Of a stretch of DNA of 64,000 bases, positions 11,646-24,526 are shown one piece after another (within the stretch, counting starts at the first letter, position 1; the number at the start of each line of letters is the position of its first letter). This DNA is from Myxococcales bacterium (GTDB lineage Bacteria > Myxococcota_A > Polyangia > Polyangiales > DASUME01), in assembly GCA_047601445.1 (NCBI GenBank), contig JASGJH010000001.1, forward strand, positions 5,984,001-6,048,000. The letters run 5' to 3'. Made by a program: the position numbers and the translations under genes. The notes under the pieces are model-generated. The model was not told the DNA's origin. It saw only the letters and a list, made by a program, of their open reading frames with translations, and made no database searches.

Positions 11646-13661
11646 GTGCAGGGTTCTTTGACTGCTCTTGCTTCTGGGAAGGAACTGACGGGCGAAACCG
11701 CCCGCTTCGACGTGAAAGCGTCCGCGCCGGCTTGGTTACCCTGGCTCGCGGGCGGGGTCCCTTTGGCCTTTTTTGTGGCCACTGCCACAGCTCACGGCGG
11801 CTTTTTCGAGGAAGGGGCGCTGATTGCGGCGGCCCAGTCCCTGGGCGTGGCCCATCCTCCCGGTGGCTTGCTCACGACCCTGTGGTCGGCCGTGTTCGCT
11901 CAGCTGCCCATCGGCCCACTGTCCTTTCGCGTGTCGATCGGAGCGGCTGTGTGCGCCGCCGGTTTGCTGGCCATGTTCGCGCGCGCCGTGTTCTTCAGCC
12001 TGATCGGTGCGGGAGTGCGCGATGCACGCCGGGCCGCGCCCCTCGCGCTGGCCTCGGCCTGGTTCGTGGGGCAGGCCCCGATGTTCTGGCTGCAGGCCGT
12101 GCGGCCCAACGTGTTCGCGCTGCAGTTCTTGCTTTCCCTCGTGATGGTCGAGGCCCTGGTGCGCTTCGAGTTGAGCGAGCCCACGGAGGACACGCGCCTG
12201 CTGTACTTCGCGGCCTTCGTGCAGGGCTTGAGCTTTGCCAATCACCACGTGTACGCGTTGTGGATGCTGTCGGCCGCTGCGCCCACGCTGGGCCGCGTGT
12301 TCGCGCGTCGGGGCTTCGTGGGCATGATGGGTCACGTGGCGTTTCCGATCCTGGGCTTCTCGGCTTCCGCCTACCTCCCCATCCGCGCCAGCCAACGTCC
12401 CTCCTCGGACTTCGGCGATCCTGGAACGCTCGGGAATCTCTACTGGTACCTCAACGAGGACCCCTGGTGGGGGCCCGCGCACGCGGCGCCGCGCTCGGCC
12501 TGGGCCGACCTCGCTCACGGCCTGGGCGGTGCCCACGCGTGGCCCTTCGTGGTGGCGTCCGTGTTGGCGCTGGTGGCGGTTTGGTTTGCCCTGACGGCGC
12601 GGGCGTTTCGGCGTTTCGCGTTGCTCTGGCTGTTGGTGTTGAGCGTGCCGTTCTGCAGCGTGGCTTGGTTGTTGAAGCCGCAAGTGCTCGCCGATGCCTG
12701 GGGCAGCCTCCTGCCGTGCGCGCTCGGACTGGTCGCGCTGGCCAGCGTGGCGTTCGGCCTGTTGCTCGAGCGTGTCTTGGTGCGCTCGACCGCGGTCCGT
12801 CCATCGACGAGCTCAGCCGCCGACTCGGAGCCGTCCACCGTCCCACGGCGGCCGCTCGGTTCCGCGGCGCTCTTCTCTGCGCGCGGTTCCGCCGCGACAC
12901 TGGGGCCCTTTTGGGTCCTTGCCTGCGTGGCCGGGCTCGCGTTCTTTAGCGGGGCGGAGCAGCGCGCGGCCGCCCTGGTGCAGCCCGACCGCATCGACGA
13001 GATCGCGCGGCGCGAGCTGCCCACGCGTGCCGTGCTCTTGAGCTACGACGCCGCCACGGCCTTTCGTCACCTGGGGGCCGAGGCCGAAGAGCAACTACGC
13101 GCCGACCTGGTGCTGGTACCACTTTCGTGGCTGCACTTCCCCGGTCTCGTGGACGGCCTGGTGGATGCCCACCCGGAGCTGCGGGCGCTGTTGAGCGAGC
13201 ACCTGATGAGCAAGCGACTCACCTTGGACAAGTTGCAGTCCCTGAGCGTCACGCGCCCTGTCTTGCTCGAGTTGTCCGAGCAGGTGCCGGGCAGCATCTA
13301 CAACACGCTCATCTCCGACCCTTGGTTTCAGCGCGTCTTGCCCGACGGTGCCACCTTGTCCGATAGTCAGAGCGCGGCCAGCGCGCACTTCGCCGCCCTC
13401 TCGAGGCTCTCCCTCGACATGGGCGGAAGTGAGGCCTTGCCGCTCGCCCTGCGCGAGCAGCTCCAGTTCGAGCTCGCCCGCATGCACTTCTTTCACGGCC
13501 TCCTCGCGGCTTCCCACGCGGACCTCGCCAATGCCCACGAGAGCGTCTTGCTCGGGCTGCGCGCGTCGCCTGATGATCCGGCGCTGCTGCGCCTCGAGAA
13601 GCAGCTACCCGCCAAGGGGCGCTTGTCCGCGGACAGCGTGCTGGAGCCGCTCACACCCTGA
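11646..13661 (+). CDS. DUF2723/TMEM260-like multi-TM glycosyltransferase-family protein
   Basis: LIAAAQSLGVAHPPG, FWLQAVRPNVFAL, LSFANHH and YLPIRA motifs, many TM segments, helical TPR-like C-terminus. Start uncertain. Confidence 0.72.
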   Translation: MQGSLTALASGKELTGETARFDVKASAPAWLPWLAGGVPLAFFVATATAHGGFFEEGALIAAAQSLGVAHPPGGLLTTLWSAVFAQLPIGPLSFRVSIGAAVCAAGLLAMFARAVFFSLIGAGVRDARRAAPLALASAWFVGQAPMFWLQAVRPNVFALQFLLSLVMVEALVRFELSEPTEDTRLLYFAAFVQGLSFANHHVYALWMLSAAAPTLGRVFARRGFVGMMGHVAFPILGFSASAYLPIRASQRPSSDFGDPGTLGNLYWYLNEDPWWGPAHAAPRSAWADLAHGLGGAHAWPFVVASVLALVAVWFALTARAFRRFALLWLLVLSVPFCSVAWLLKPQVLADAWGSLLPCALGLVALASVAFGLLLERVLVRSTAVRPSTSSAADSEPSTVPRRPLGSAALFSARGSAATLGPFWVLACVAGLAFFSGAEQRAAALVQPDRIDEIARRELPTRAVLLSYDAATAFRHLGAEAEEQLRADLVLVPLSWLHFPGLVDGLVDAHPELRALLSEHLMSKRLTLDKLQSLSVTRPVLLELSEQVPGSIYNTLISDPWFQRVLPDGATLSDSQSAASAHFAALSRLSLDMGGSEALPLALREQLQFELARMHFFHGLLAASHADLANAHESVLLGLRASPDDPALLRLEKQLPAKGRLSADSVLEPLTP

Positions 13662-13685
13662 GGCTGTACAGCACCGAGGTCTCGC

Positions 13686-14429
13686 TCAGAACGTGAGCCG
13701 CACCTGGAGGAACGGGGACAGGCCGTAGCCCACCGAGAGGTCGCGGCGGCAGTTGCAGTTCTCCGGCGCGCTCGAGCCGTTTTGGCGACTGGCCGTGCGC
13801 AGATAGCTGGCGCGGGCGAAATAGGTCTCGAAGCGCAGGTACAGATTGGGCAAGAGAGCGTGCTCGAGCACCAGGCCCAGCCGCGCGTCGTAGCCCTTGG
13901 AGACGGCGTCGACGGTGGTGGGCTCGGACGCTTGGCCCGCGCTGGAGTAGGTCGTCGAGGGGATTCCCTTGCTCATGGTCTTGTGTGCCCCCAGCGTGAG
14001 CAGCGGCGACACTTCGACCACCCCACCCGGGTTGAGCACGCAACGCACGCCCGCTGAGCCGCTCAGCATCCAGGTACTCTCCGGACCGTCTCGGACCACA
14101 CCACCGTCCACGGTGACCGTGTTGGGCGAGTTGTTGCTCTCCGTGAGGCGCTTGTCATAGGTGCCGGCGATGCCGAGGACGACGCGCCAGCGCGGGGACG
14201 CCGCGACCTCGAACAACGAGCTACCGATGGGCGTGCGCGAGCCCGCGTAGCGGCCCGAAGTGGCGTTGTAGACCTCGCCCAGGCCCCCGAAGCCGACCCC
14301 CGCACCCACCGAGAAACGGGCCAGGGGTGGCGGTCCGGGGTCGGGAGGCGTGACCTTGGCTTCCTGTGCACGCGCCGGAGAGAGCGCGAACAGGACACCC
14401 AGGATCAGACCAAGACGACCGAGATTCAT
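13686..14429 (-). CDS. Secreted protein, probable small outer-membrane beta-barrel
   Basis: Signal peptide ending ARA|Q, alternating beta-strand pattern, C-terminal LQVRLTF. Confidence 0.65.
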   Translation of the reverse strand: MNLGRLGLILGVLFALSPARAQEAKVTPPDPGPPPLARFSVGAGVGFGGLGEVYNATSGRYAGSRTPIGSSLFEVAASPRWRVVLGIAGTYDKRLTESNNSPNTVTVDGGVVRDGPESTWMLSGSAGVRCVLNPGGVVEVSPLLTLGAHKTMSKGIPSTTYSSAGQASEPTTVDAVSKGYDARLGLVLEHALLPNLYLRFETYFARASYLRTASRQNGSSAPENCNCRRDLSVGYGLSPFLQVRLTF

Positions 14430-14498
14430 CACGCGGCGCATGATGCGCGATCGCGGCCGCTGTGGTCCAGAGCTTCACCCCGACCCCGAGCGCAGGAG

Positions 14499-16421
<1,923 letters not shown>

Positions 16422-16651
16422 TTCCATTCTCCTAGGCAAGCTGAAGTCCCATAGAGGGTTTGGCCTGGAGAGGTCAAGCCTGGTGCGCAGCGCGTGGCTC
16501 CAGAGGGTCCACGAAGGACCTCCGAGCGCACCAAGGGGTGAGTTCTGGCTGGAATTGCCGCGCGGACGCGAGCGGCGAGTCAACTCGGAGTACTCGGGGG
16601 TCAATCGCCCCTTCAGAAGCAAAGCACCCCACGAGCTCCCGTCTCTGGGGT

Positions 16652-16719
16652 CGTACGCGTGCCCGTGCCCGTGCCCGTACGCGGATTCTCCCCGGAGATC
16701 GTGCACGGGCACGCGTACG
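16652..16719. repeat. 17-bp perfect inverted repeat (REP-like hairpin with GTGCCC units)
   Basis: CGTACGCGTGCCCGTGC (16652-16668) and GCACGGGCACGCGTACG (16703-16719), just downstream of the acyl-CoA dehydrogenase stop. Confidence 0.85.
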
Positions 16720-16739
16720 TGGAGGTTCGTTGGACCCGC

Positions 16740-17900
16740 CTACAAGAAGCGCCCAATGAGCTCTTTCATGATTTCGTTGGTGCCCCCGTAGATGCGCTGC
16801 ACGCGGCTATCACGCCACATGCGCGAGATGGGGTACTCGTCCATGTAGCCGTAGCCGCCGTGCAATTGCAGGCACAGGTCGGCTACCTCGAACTGCTTGT
16901 CCGTGGTCCAGTACTTGGCCATCGCGCCGGTGACCGCGTCGAGCTTCTTCTCCAGCAACAGCTCCGTGCAGCGCTCCACGAACACGCGCCCAATGGCCGT
17001 TTCCGTCTGTGCCTCGGCCAGCTTGAAGCGCGTGTTCTGGAAGTCGAAGACCCGCTTCCCGAAGGCCTTGCGCTCCTTCACGTAGGTCAGCGTGTGCTCG
17101 AGCATGATCTCCATGCACGCCACCGCCGTGATCGCCACGATCAGCCGCTCCTGCGGCAGCTGCTGCATGAGCTGCACGAAGCCCATGCCCTCCATGGGCC
17201 CGAGCAGGTTCTCCTTGGGCACCCGCACGCCCTCGAAGAAGAGCTCCGAGGTGTCCTGCCCGTGCATGCCCACCTTCTCCAGGTTGCGCCCACGTCGGAA
17301 GCCCTCCGTGCCCTCGGTCTCCACCACCAACAGCGACACGCCCGCGCCCTTCTTGGTGGGATCGGTCTTGGCCGCCACGATGATCAGGTTGGCTTGCTGG
17401 CCGTTGGTGATGAACGTCTTCTGACCCTCGAGCACGTAGTGGTCGCCCTCTGGCTTGGCCACGGTGGCCACCGCTTGCAGGTCGGAGCCCGTGCCCGGCT
17501 CGGTCATCGCGATGGCGCTCACGAGTTCGCCCGTGGCCATCTTGGGCAGCCAGCGGCGCTTCTGCTCCTCCGTGCCGTATGACAGGATGTAGTGGGCCAC
17601 GATGCCGCTGTGCAACGACGCGCCGAACGAGCTGCACAGGATGCGCGCCTGCTCCTCGATCAACACCTTCTCGTAGCCGAAATGCCCGCCGCCGCCGCCG
17701 TACTCCTCGGGAATGGAGGCGCACAACAGACCTTGCTGACCGGCCTTGAACCAGAGCTCGCGGTCCACGTGCCCCTGATCGTCCCAGCGCTTGAGGTGCG
17801 GCTTGCACTCGGCCTCGAAGAACTTGCGCGCCGATTCGCGGAAGATCTTGAGCTCCTCGGACTCGTAGGAGCCGTGCGAGAGGTTCGGATTGTTAGGCAT
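16740..17900 (-). CDS. Acyl-CoA dehydrogenase (long-chain type)
   Basis: AIAMTEPGTGSDL, GQKTFITNG, RKAFG, QLHGGYGYMDEY, QRIYGGTNEIMK. Confidence 0.96.
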   Translation of the reverse strand: MPNNPNLSHGSYESEELKIFRESARKFFEAECKPHLKRWDDQGHVDRELWFKAGQQGLLCASIPEEYGGGGGHFGYEKVLIEEQARILCSSFGASLHSGIVAHYILSYGTEEQKRRWLPKMATGELVSAIAMTEPGTGSDLQAVATVAKPEGDHYVLEGQKTFITNGQQANLIIVAAKTDPTKKGAGVSLLVVETEGTEGFRRGRNLEKVGMHGQDTSELFFEGVRVPKENLLGPMEGMGFVQLMQQLPQERLIVAITAVACMEIMLEHTLTYVKERKAFGKRVFDFQNTRFKLAEAQTETAIGRVFVERCTELLLEKKLDAVTGAMAKYWTTDKQFEVADLCLQLHGGYGYMDEYPISRMWRDSRVQRIYGGTNEIMKELIGRFL

Positions 17901-20028
17901 GGAAGGTCTCTCCCTTGGCTGCCATCTCCACCAACACGTTGGCCGGCGCGAAGCGCTCGCCGTACTTTCGCGCGAGCTCGCGTGCCCGCTCCACGAAGCG
18001 TGCCACGCCGTAGCTATTGATGAACTGCAGCGCGCCGCCGTGGAAGGGCGCAAAGCCCCAACCGAAGATGGAACCCACGTTGGCGTCCGCCACCGAGCGC
18101 ACTACGCCCTCCGCGAAACACTTGGCGGCCTCGTTGGCTTGGGCAAACAGCAGGCGATCCACCATGTCCGTTTGTGCGTAGGCGGGCTCGGACGAGCCGA
18201 AGTGCTCTCTCAAGCCCGGCCACAGACGCTTCTGGGCTCCCTCCGGATAGTCATAGAAGCCCTGCTTCTCCTTCTTTCCGGGGCGCTTGAGCTCCTCCAC
18301 CATCTTGCCCACCACGAGCGAGCCCGGGTGTCGCATCACCGCGCTGCCCGTGCGTTCGGCGTCCTTCTGGTTCTGACGCTCGATGCGCCAGGCCGTTCCC
18401 AGGTTGACCTCGTCGAGCAACGCGAGCGGTCCCACGGGCATGCCCGCCTTGAGTCCTGCGGCCTCGATGGAGCGCGGATGTTGGCCCTCGGCCAACAGCG
18501 CCGCGCCCTCCATCACGTAGGTGGCGAACACGCGCGAGGTGTAGAAGCCCCGCGAGTCGCGCACCACGATGGGTGTCTTGTTGATCTGACGCACGAAGTC
18601 GAAGCCGCGCGCCAGCGTCTCGGGCGCGGTCTGCTCACCCACGATGATCTCCACCAGCTCCATCTTGTCCACCGGCGAGAAGAAATGGAGACCGATGAAC
18701 TTCGCAGGCCGCACGCTGGCCTCGGCCAGCCCCGTGATGGGCAATGTGGAGGTGTTGGAGGCGAACACGGCCTCCGGGCTCAGGCGTGCCTCGGCGCGCT
18801 TGGTGACGTCCGCCTTGATGGTGCGATCCTCGAACACCGCCTCCACCACGAGGTCGCAGCCGTCGAGATCTTCGTAGCGCGTGGTGGCCAGGATGCGTCC
18901 CAGCAAGGTCGCCTTGCCCTCGGCTGTCTGGCGACCCTTCTTGATCGCGCCGTCGAGCAGGTTGGCCGAGTACTCCTTGCCCTTATCTGCCTGCTCTTGT
19001 GTGGCGTCGAGCAGCACCACCTGGATGTTGGCCTTGGCCGCCACGTAGGCGATGCCGGCGCCCATCATGCCAGCGCCCAGAATGCCGAGTTTCTTCACCT
19101 GAGCGCGGTCGATTCCCTCGGGGCGTGAGCGCCCCTTTTGCACGCTTTGCAGCTGGAACCACAGGGTGGTGATGAGATTCTTGGAGACCGGCGAGATGAC
19201 GCACTGGGCGAAGTAGCGACTCTCCAACGTGAGGGCCGCGTCGAAGTCCACCAGGCCGCCTTCGTACACGCAGGCGAGGATCAAGATGGGCGCGGGGTAG
19301 TTGCCGTGGGTCTTGTCGTTGGTCACCGAAGGCGCCAGCGACATCATCTGGGCCACCTGCGGAGAGCGCGAATCGCCGCCCGGGTACTTGAAGCCCTGCT
19401 TATCCCAGGGCTGCTGTGGCTTCGGATTCTGGTCGATGAAGGCGCGCGCCTTGGCCAACAGCTCCGTCTGATCCTTGGCCAGCTCGTGCACTACACCGAG
19501 ACCCTTCGCCTCGGCCGCCCGCAGTTCCTTGCCCTCGAGCAACAACGGAGCCGCCGCCTGCATGCCGATCAGGCGCGGCAGGCGCTGTGTGCCACCGCCG
19601 CCAGGCAAGAGGCCGAGCTTCACTTCGGGGGTGCCCACGCGCAGGGTCGGTACGTCGAGCGCGACGCGGTAGTGGCAGGCGAGGGCGAGCTCGAGGCCGC
19701 CACCCAATGCCGTTCCGTTGAGGGCCGCTACCACGGGCCGGCCCAGGCGCTCGATGCGCCGCAAGAACGCCTTGTAGGCTTCGGCCAGCTCGAAAGCCTC
19801 CCGCGGATCGTGGATGGCGTACACCTTCTCCAGGTCGGCCCCCACCACGAAGTCCTTCTTGCCCGAGGTGAGGATCACACCGCGGATGGAGGCGTCGCCT
19901 TCGACCCGCTTGAGCGCGGCATCGAGCGGCCCCATCAGCTCGTCGTTGAGGACGTTGGTGGAGCGGCCCGGCATATCGAGCGTGAGCACGGCGATTCCGT
20001 CGTCGCCCTTGTGGAACGTAACACTCAT
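17893..20028 (-). CDS. fadB: Fatty-acid oxidation complex alpha subunit (enoyl-CoA hydratase / 3-hydroxyacyl-CoA dehydrogenase)
   Basis: Crotonase domain ([29 protein letters not shown]) followed by [26 protein letters not shown]. Confidence 0.93.
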   Translation of the reverse strand: MSVTFHKGDDGIAVLTLDMPGRSTNVLNDELMGPLDAALKRVEGDASIRGVILTSGKKDFVVGADLEKVYAIHDPREAFELAEAYKAFLRRIERLGRPVVAALNGTALGGGLELALACHYRVALDVPTLRVGTPEVKLGLLPGGGGTQRLPRLIGMQAAAPLLLEGKELRAAEAKGLGVVHELAKDQTELLAKARAFIDQNPKPQQPWDKQGFKYPGGDSRSPQVAQMMSLAPSVTNDKTHGNYPAPILILACVYEGGLVDFDAALTLESRYFAQCVISPVSKNLITTLWFQLQSVQKGRSRPEGIDRAQVKKLGILGAGMMGAGIAYVAAKANIQVVLLDATQEQADKGKEYSANLLDGAIKKGRQTAEGKATLLGRILATTRYEDLDGCDLVVEAVFEDRTIKADVTKRAEARLSPEAVFASNTSTLPITGLAEASVRPAKFIGLHFFSPVDKMELVEIIVGEQTAPETLARGFDFVRQINKTPIVVRDSRGFYTSRVFATYVMEGAALLAEGQHPRSIEAAGLKAGMPVGPLALLDEVNLGTAWRIERQNQKDAERTGSAVMRHPGSLVVGKMVEELKRPGKKEKQGFYDYPEGAQKRLWPGLREHFGSSEPAYAQTDMVDRLLFAQANEAAKCFAEGVVRSVADANVGSIFGWGFAPFHGGALQFINSYGVARFVERARELARKYGERFAPANVLVEMAAKGETFHA

Positions 20029-21278
20029 GACTGCACCCGCTCGATGATGGTTGCGATGCCCATGCCCCCGCCCACGCACAGCGTGACCAGACCCGTGGCG
20101 AGATCCCTGCGCTCGAGCTCGTCGAGCACCGTGCCCAGCAACATGGCGCCGGTGGCACCCAGCGGATGACCCAGCGCTATCGAGCCGCCGTTTACGTTGA
20201 CCCGATCCAGGTCGACCTCGAGGTCACGCGCGGTCTTCATGGGAACCACCGCGAACGCCTCGTTGATCTCGTAGAGATCGATGTCCGACGGCTGCATCCC
20301 GGCCTTCGCCAGCGCCTTCCGGGAAGCTGGGGTCGGCCCGGTGAGCATGATGGTGGGCTCGCTCCCTACCACTGCGCAGCTCACGATACGCGCGCGCGGC
20401 TTGAGCCCGAGCTGTTCGCCCGCCTGGGCGCTGCCCAACAACACCAGCGCCGCTCCGTCGACGATCCCCGAGCTGTTGCCCGCGTGATGCACGTGCTCGA
20501 TGGACTCGAGTGTCGTGTACTTGCGCAGGGCGGTGGCATCGAAGCCCATCTTGCCGATGGTGGCGAAGGAGGGTGCGAGCGAGCTAAGGCTCTCGAGCGT
20601 GGTCTCGCGGATCAGCTCGTCGTGCTCCAGCACCGAAAGGCCGCTGATGTCACGCACGGGGACGATGGACTTTGCGAAGTAGCCGGCCTTGCGCGCATGG
20701 GCTGCGCGGGCCTGGGAGCGCACCGCATATTCGTCCACATCGCGCCGCGAGAAGCCCTCGAGGGAGGCGATGAGATCCGCGCTGATGCCCTGGGGCACGA
20801 AAGCAGTCTCATGGTTGACCAGTGGGTCCGAGTACCAGGCGCCGCCGTCGCTGCCCATGGTCACGCGCGACATGCTCTCGATGCCGCCCGCCACCACCAG
20901 CTGTTCCTGGCCCGACATCACCTTCATGGCGGCCAGGTTCACCGACTCGAGGCCCGAGGCACAGAAACGACTCTGGGTTACGCCCGGGACACTCTGGTCC
21001 CAGCCCGCGTAGAGCACCGCCGTGCGCGCGATGTCGGCGCCCTGCTCTCCCACCGGCGTCACGCAGCCGAGCACGACGTCGTCTACGCGGCTGGTGTCGA
21101 GCTGGTTGCGATCTCGAAGGCCCACCAACACGTTCTTGAGCAACTGGATCGGTGAGATGCCGTGCAGCTTCCCGTCCTTCTTGCCCTTGCCGCGCGGTGT
21201 GCGGACGGTGTCGTAGACGTAGACCTCTTGCCCACGCCCAGACGAGGTGTAATTCGCTTTACGCGATGCTTCTCCCAT
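20025..21278 (-). CDS. fadA: Acetyl-CoA C-acyltransferase (thiolase)
   Basis: [26 protein letters not shown]. Stop overlaps the next start (ATGA). Confidence 0.95.
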   Translation of the reverse strand: MGEASRKANYTSSGRGQEVYVYDTVRTPRGKGKKDGKLHGISPIQLLKNVLVGLRDRNQLDTSRVDDVVLGCVTPVGEQGADIARTAVLYAGWDQSVPGVTQSRFCASGLESVNLAAMKVMSGQEQLVVAGGIESMSRVTMGSDGGAWYSDPLVNHETAFVPQGISADLIASLEGFSRRDVDEYAVRSQARAAHARKAGYFAKSIVPVRDISGLSVLEHDELIRETTLESLSSLAPSFATIGKMGFDATALRKYTTLESIEHVHHAGNSSGIVDGAALVLLGSAQAGEQLGLKPRARIVSCAVVGSEPTIMLTGPTPASRKALAKAGMQPSDIDLYEINEAFAVVPMKTARDLEVDLDRVNVNGGSIALGHPLGATGAMLLGTVLDELERRDLATGLVTLCVGGGMGIATIIERVQS

Positions 21279-21300
21279 GCGCTAACAGTAGACTCGGGCC

Positions 21301-21987
21301 ATGCGCAGGAGCAACGGTTCCATCGGGAAAGACTTATTACACGAAGAGCCCAGTGCGGGACGTCCACGACGCAAGCCTCAGAGCTTCGACGTGCGTGATC
21401 TCGCCGGCCTCGATCCCGCGATCCGTCAGCGCATCGAAGCCACGGTGCTCGAGATGTTCTCGGAGCAAGAGTTCCATCGCGTGAACCTCGGTGAACTCGC
21501 GACGAACGCGAAGACATCGCTGCAGACCATCTACAAGTACTACGGCAGCAAAGAGGCCCTGGTGTTCGCCACGCTCGATCGCGAACTCGGCGAGCTGGCC
21601 GCGCGCATGACGGATCACTTGCAGGGCATCGAGAACTACAAGGATCGCCTGCGCAAGGTGTACTGGGTCGTACTCGAGTACTTCGAGCGCAAGCCCAAGG
21701 TGGCCGCGATGATCCACACCTCGATCTACGGCAACACCTGGACCCATGACGTGACCTTCCGTCAGCCCGAGTTGATGTCTGCCTTCATGCGCGTGCTCGC
21801 CGAAGGGCGTGATCAGGGCGTGCTCACCGACGAGGTCGACCAGCGCGTGCTGCTCGACTTCTTCCTGGGCGTGCTCTGGCGTCTGGTGCACATGTATCTC
21901 ACGCGCGGCATGAAGCACCCGCCCACGCAGGAAGCGAACGCGTCGTTCGAGCTCCTATGGCGGGCGCTCGCCAAGCCCTCTCTCTGA
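21301..21987 (+). CDS. TetR/AcrR family regulator, divergent from the beta-oxidation operon
   Basis: HTH LGELATNAKTSLQTIYKYYGSKEAL. Confidence 0.92.
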   Translation: MRRSNGSIGKDLLHEEPSAGRPRRKPQSFDVRDLAGLDPAIRQRIEATVLEMFSEQEFHRVNLGELATNAKTSLQTIYKYYGSKEALVFATLDRELGELAARMTDHLQGIENYKDRLRKVYWVVLEYFERKPKVAAMIHTSIYGNTWTHDVTFRQPELMSAFMRVLAEGRDQGVLTDEVDQRVLLDFFLGVLWRLVHMYLTRGMKHPPTQEANASFELLWRALAKPSL

Positions 21988-22049
21988 TTCTCTCTCCTTG
22001 CTCGCCCGACCTCTCGCGCGCCCTTGGCCCGAGTTTGCTCCTTGGGTGG

Positions 22050-22393
22050 GGCCGGCGCTGCGGGGGCGCAGGGACGTGATGGCTGCGAGAGGGCGCTTTG
22101 TCGCTCGTGGGCGGGCGGTTCGATAGGAGTCGGTGGCGTTCGGTCGAGAGAACGCAAAGAGGGCGGTGGGGAAGCACGGGGCTTAGCGAGCTTTTGGGGT
22201 TTTTGGCTCGAGTGAAACTCGAGTGTTCTCGAGCTCGAGTGAGCCCGAAAAAGAGCTCGCTCGAGAGTGCTCGAGTAAAAACAAGCGCCGCGCCGGCTGC
22301 CGAACCGCCACCGACTCTGATCAACGCGCGACCACCGAGCGACAAGGCGCCCTCTCTCCGCCCTCACGCCCCTGCGCCCCCGCAGCGCCGGCC
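22050..22393. mobile_element. Long inverted-repeat element (MITE/REPIN-like) with CTCGAG-rich core
   Basis: Arms 22050-22143 and 22300-22393 are imperfect reverse complements. Six CTCGAG sites lie in 22207-22275. Mobility is inferred only. Confidence 0.55.
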
Positions 22394-22472
22394 GAGACCG
22401 AGAGAACACGGAGGAGGGACCCGTGAGAAGGTTGGGTGGGTTCTCTTGAGCGAACGCAAGCGGGGGAGAGGG

Positions 22473-22796
22473 TCACCTCTCCAGATGCAGCCCAGCGTCG
22501 CTCCAGTCGGCTTTGCCTCCTTGGTATACGTGGACGCTTTGGTAGCCGAGTTGCTGGAGTAGCGCGGCGGCTGTGTGGGAGTTTCGGCAAGTGTCGCTGG
22601 CGCAGTACACGACGATGGGCACGGCGCGATTGGGGGCGAGGCACGGGGCCAAGTTGCGGGTTTCCTGGTAATCGAGCTGGAGCGCGCCGGGAAGGTGGCC
22701 TTCGCGGTAGTACTTCTCGGGCAGCGCTTCGAGCAGCACGTGAGGGGTGCGGGAGTCGATCAGGGTCTTGAGGTCGTCGCGGCTGATGGTTTGCAT
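22473..22796 (-). CDS. Rhodanese-like domain protein
   Basis: YREGHLPGA, VVYCASDTCRNS, YQGGKADW; GGAG RBS. Confidence 0.92.
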   Translation of the reverse strand: MQTISRDDLKTLIDSRTPHVLLEALPEKYYREGHLPGALQLDYQETRNLAPCLAPNRAVPIVVYCASDTCRNSHTAAALLQQLGYQSVHVYQGGKADWSDAGLHLER

Positions 22797-22825
22797 TGGT
22801 GGATCTCCGTGGTGTTGCGTTGAGT

Positions 22826-23305
22826 TCACGCAGGCTGGGTCTGCTGTTGCGCGCGGGGAGCCTTGAGCCACCGGAGCACTCGCGTGTCGGCCGCATAGCG
22901 ACCACCGCCGCGCCACATCAATGGCAGGGAGAGTGCCAATGCGAGCAGGTGGAACTCGAAGCCCTCGCCGCTCTGGTTGCCGAACCAGTTCATGAAGAAG
23001 CCGTTGGTCCAATGCACCAGATACACGGCGCCGAGCATGATGGCGCTGATGCCGAAGGCGGCGACGCGCGTGAACAGCCCGAACGCCAAGAGCAGAGCGC
23101 CCAGGGATTCGCCGAGTACGACCAGAAGGGCGAGCATGGAAGGCACGTGCTCGGGGCCCGTGAGGAAGTTCATGGAGGCCTCGAAGCCGAAGCCGCCGTA
23201 CCAGCCGAGCAGCTTCTGCGCTCCGTGGGGCCAGATGACGAGGGCCAGGACCGCGCGTTGTACGAGTAACTGGGTCGATTCGTTGGTGGTGAGCAAGCGT
23301 TGCAT
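22826..23305 (-). CDS. DoxX family membrane protein
   Basis: HGAQKLLGWYGGFG, GLFTRVAA, HWTNGFFMNW, GEGFEFHLL. Confidence 0.93.
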   Translation of the reverse strand: MQRLLTTNESTQLLVQRAVLALVIWPHGAQKLLGWYGGFGFEASMNFLTGPEHVPSMLALLVVLGESLGALLLAFGLFTRVAAFGISAIMLGAVYLVHWTNGFFMNWFGNQSGEGFEFHLLALALSLPLMWRGGGRYAADTRVLRWLKAPRAQQQTQPA

Positions 23306-23401
23306 GGAAGGGGGCTCCTTGGATGAGAGAGAGGTACGCCTCGCCGAGCGCTTGCAGTAGAGGCCCTCTCGCCACCACACTGTTCTCCCAGGAGAACAAT
23401 C

Positions 23402-24376
23402 GTGACGGTCCCGCCCATTGCACGAGCGCCTAGAGCGCTCGATGACCTCGCTTCCATGGCCCTGTTCGCTCACGTGGTGCAGGCCCGCTCCTTCACCGGC
23501 GCTGCGCGGGAGGTGGGGATCGCCAAGTCCGCCGTGTCCAAGCGCATCGCGCTCTTGGAGGAGCGGCTCGGAGTGCGCTTGCTCAACCGTTCGACACGCA
23601 AGCTGTCGGTCACCGGCGATGGCATGCGTTACTACGAGCACTGCGCTGCCCTGCTCTCAGCGGCGGCAGCGGCGGACGCCGCGCTAAGTGACGCGAGCCA
23701 GGTGGCCAAGGGGAGTCTCAGGGTCAACGCGCCCGTCACCCTCTCGCAGCTGCACCTGGGCCGAGCCATCTCCCAGTTTCTGCGCAGCTATCCCGAGATC
23801 GACGTTCATCTGCACGCCGAGGATGCATTGGTGGACGTCGTGGAGGGCGGCTTCGACGTAGTGATCCGCATTGCGCGGCTCGGCGAGTCGAGTCTGGTGG
23901 CGCGTAAGCTAGCGAGCGATCGGTTGGTGGTGTGCGCTTCACCAGACTACTTGGCGCGCGCGGGCACACCCGACTCGCCCGCTGACCTGGTGCATCACAA
24001 CTGCCTGCACTACGCGCGCGTGCCGACGGCCGCCGAGTGGCGCTTTCGAGGCCCGCAGGGGACCTTTGTGGTGCCGGCGCGCTGCAACTTCAGCACCACC
24101 AACGGCACGGTGCTGCGCGAAGCCGCCCTGGCCGGCCTCGGACTCGCCGTGCTGCCGTCGTTCATGGTGGCGGAAGAGGTGGCCGCGGGAAGGCTGGCGC
24201 TGGTGTTGGAGGGAGCTCGCAAGGCAGAAATCGGGGTCTACGCGATGTTTGCCGAGCGCAGGCAGCTGCCCGCCCGCACCAAGCTCTTTCTGCAGTTTCT
24301 CGCGCAGTACTTCGGTGGTCGTCCGCTCGGCCTCGCGAGTTCCAGGTCCGATCGCTCCCGCCGCACTCCAACGTGA
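23402..24376 (+). CDS. LysR family regulator (CrgA-like)
   Basis: SFTGAAREVGIAKSAVSKRIALLEERLGVRLLNRSTRKLS followed by a PBP2 effector domain. Confidence 0.95.
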   Translation: MTVPPIARAPRALDDLASMALFAHVVQARSFTGAAREVGIAKSAVSKRIALLEERLGVRLLNRSTRKLSVTGDGMRYYEHCAALLSAAAAADAALSDASQVAKGSLRVNAPVTLSQLHLGRAISQFLRSYPEIDVHLHAEDALVDVVEGGFDVVIRIARLGESSLVARKLASDRLVVCASPDYLARAGTPDSPADLVHHNCLHYARVPTAAEWRFRGPQGTFVVPARCNFSTTNGTVLREAALAGLGLAVLPSFMVAEEVAAGRLALVLEGARKAEIGVYAMFAERRQLPARTKLFLQFLAQYFGGRPLGLASSRSDRSRRTPT

Positions 24377-24526
24377 ACGTCAGCGCCCTCGCCCGGCCAC
24401 CGTGAGCGTCAGCGTAGTCGTGCGCGTGCGCATCACCGCCCTCGCTTCGTCACCGCAGTCGAGCGCGTGCGCGTCCTCGTCACTCCTACTCGTCCCCCGC
24501 CCCAACCCCAACAAACACAACGCCGC

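Noticed and set aside
22200..22280. CTCGAG repeats as a CRISPR array
   Set aside because: The units are 6 bp with irregular 0-20 nt gaps, there is no repeat-spacer structure, and no cas genes are present.
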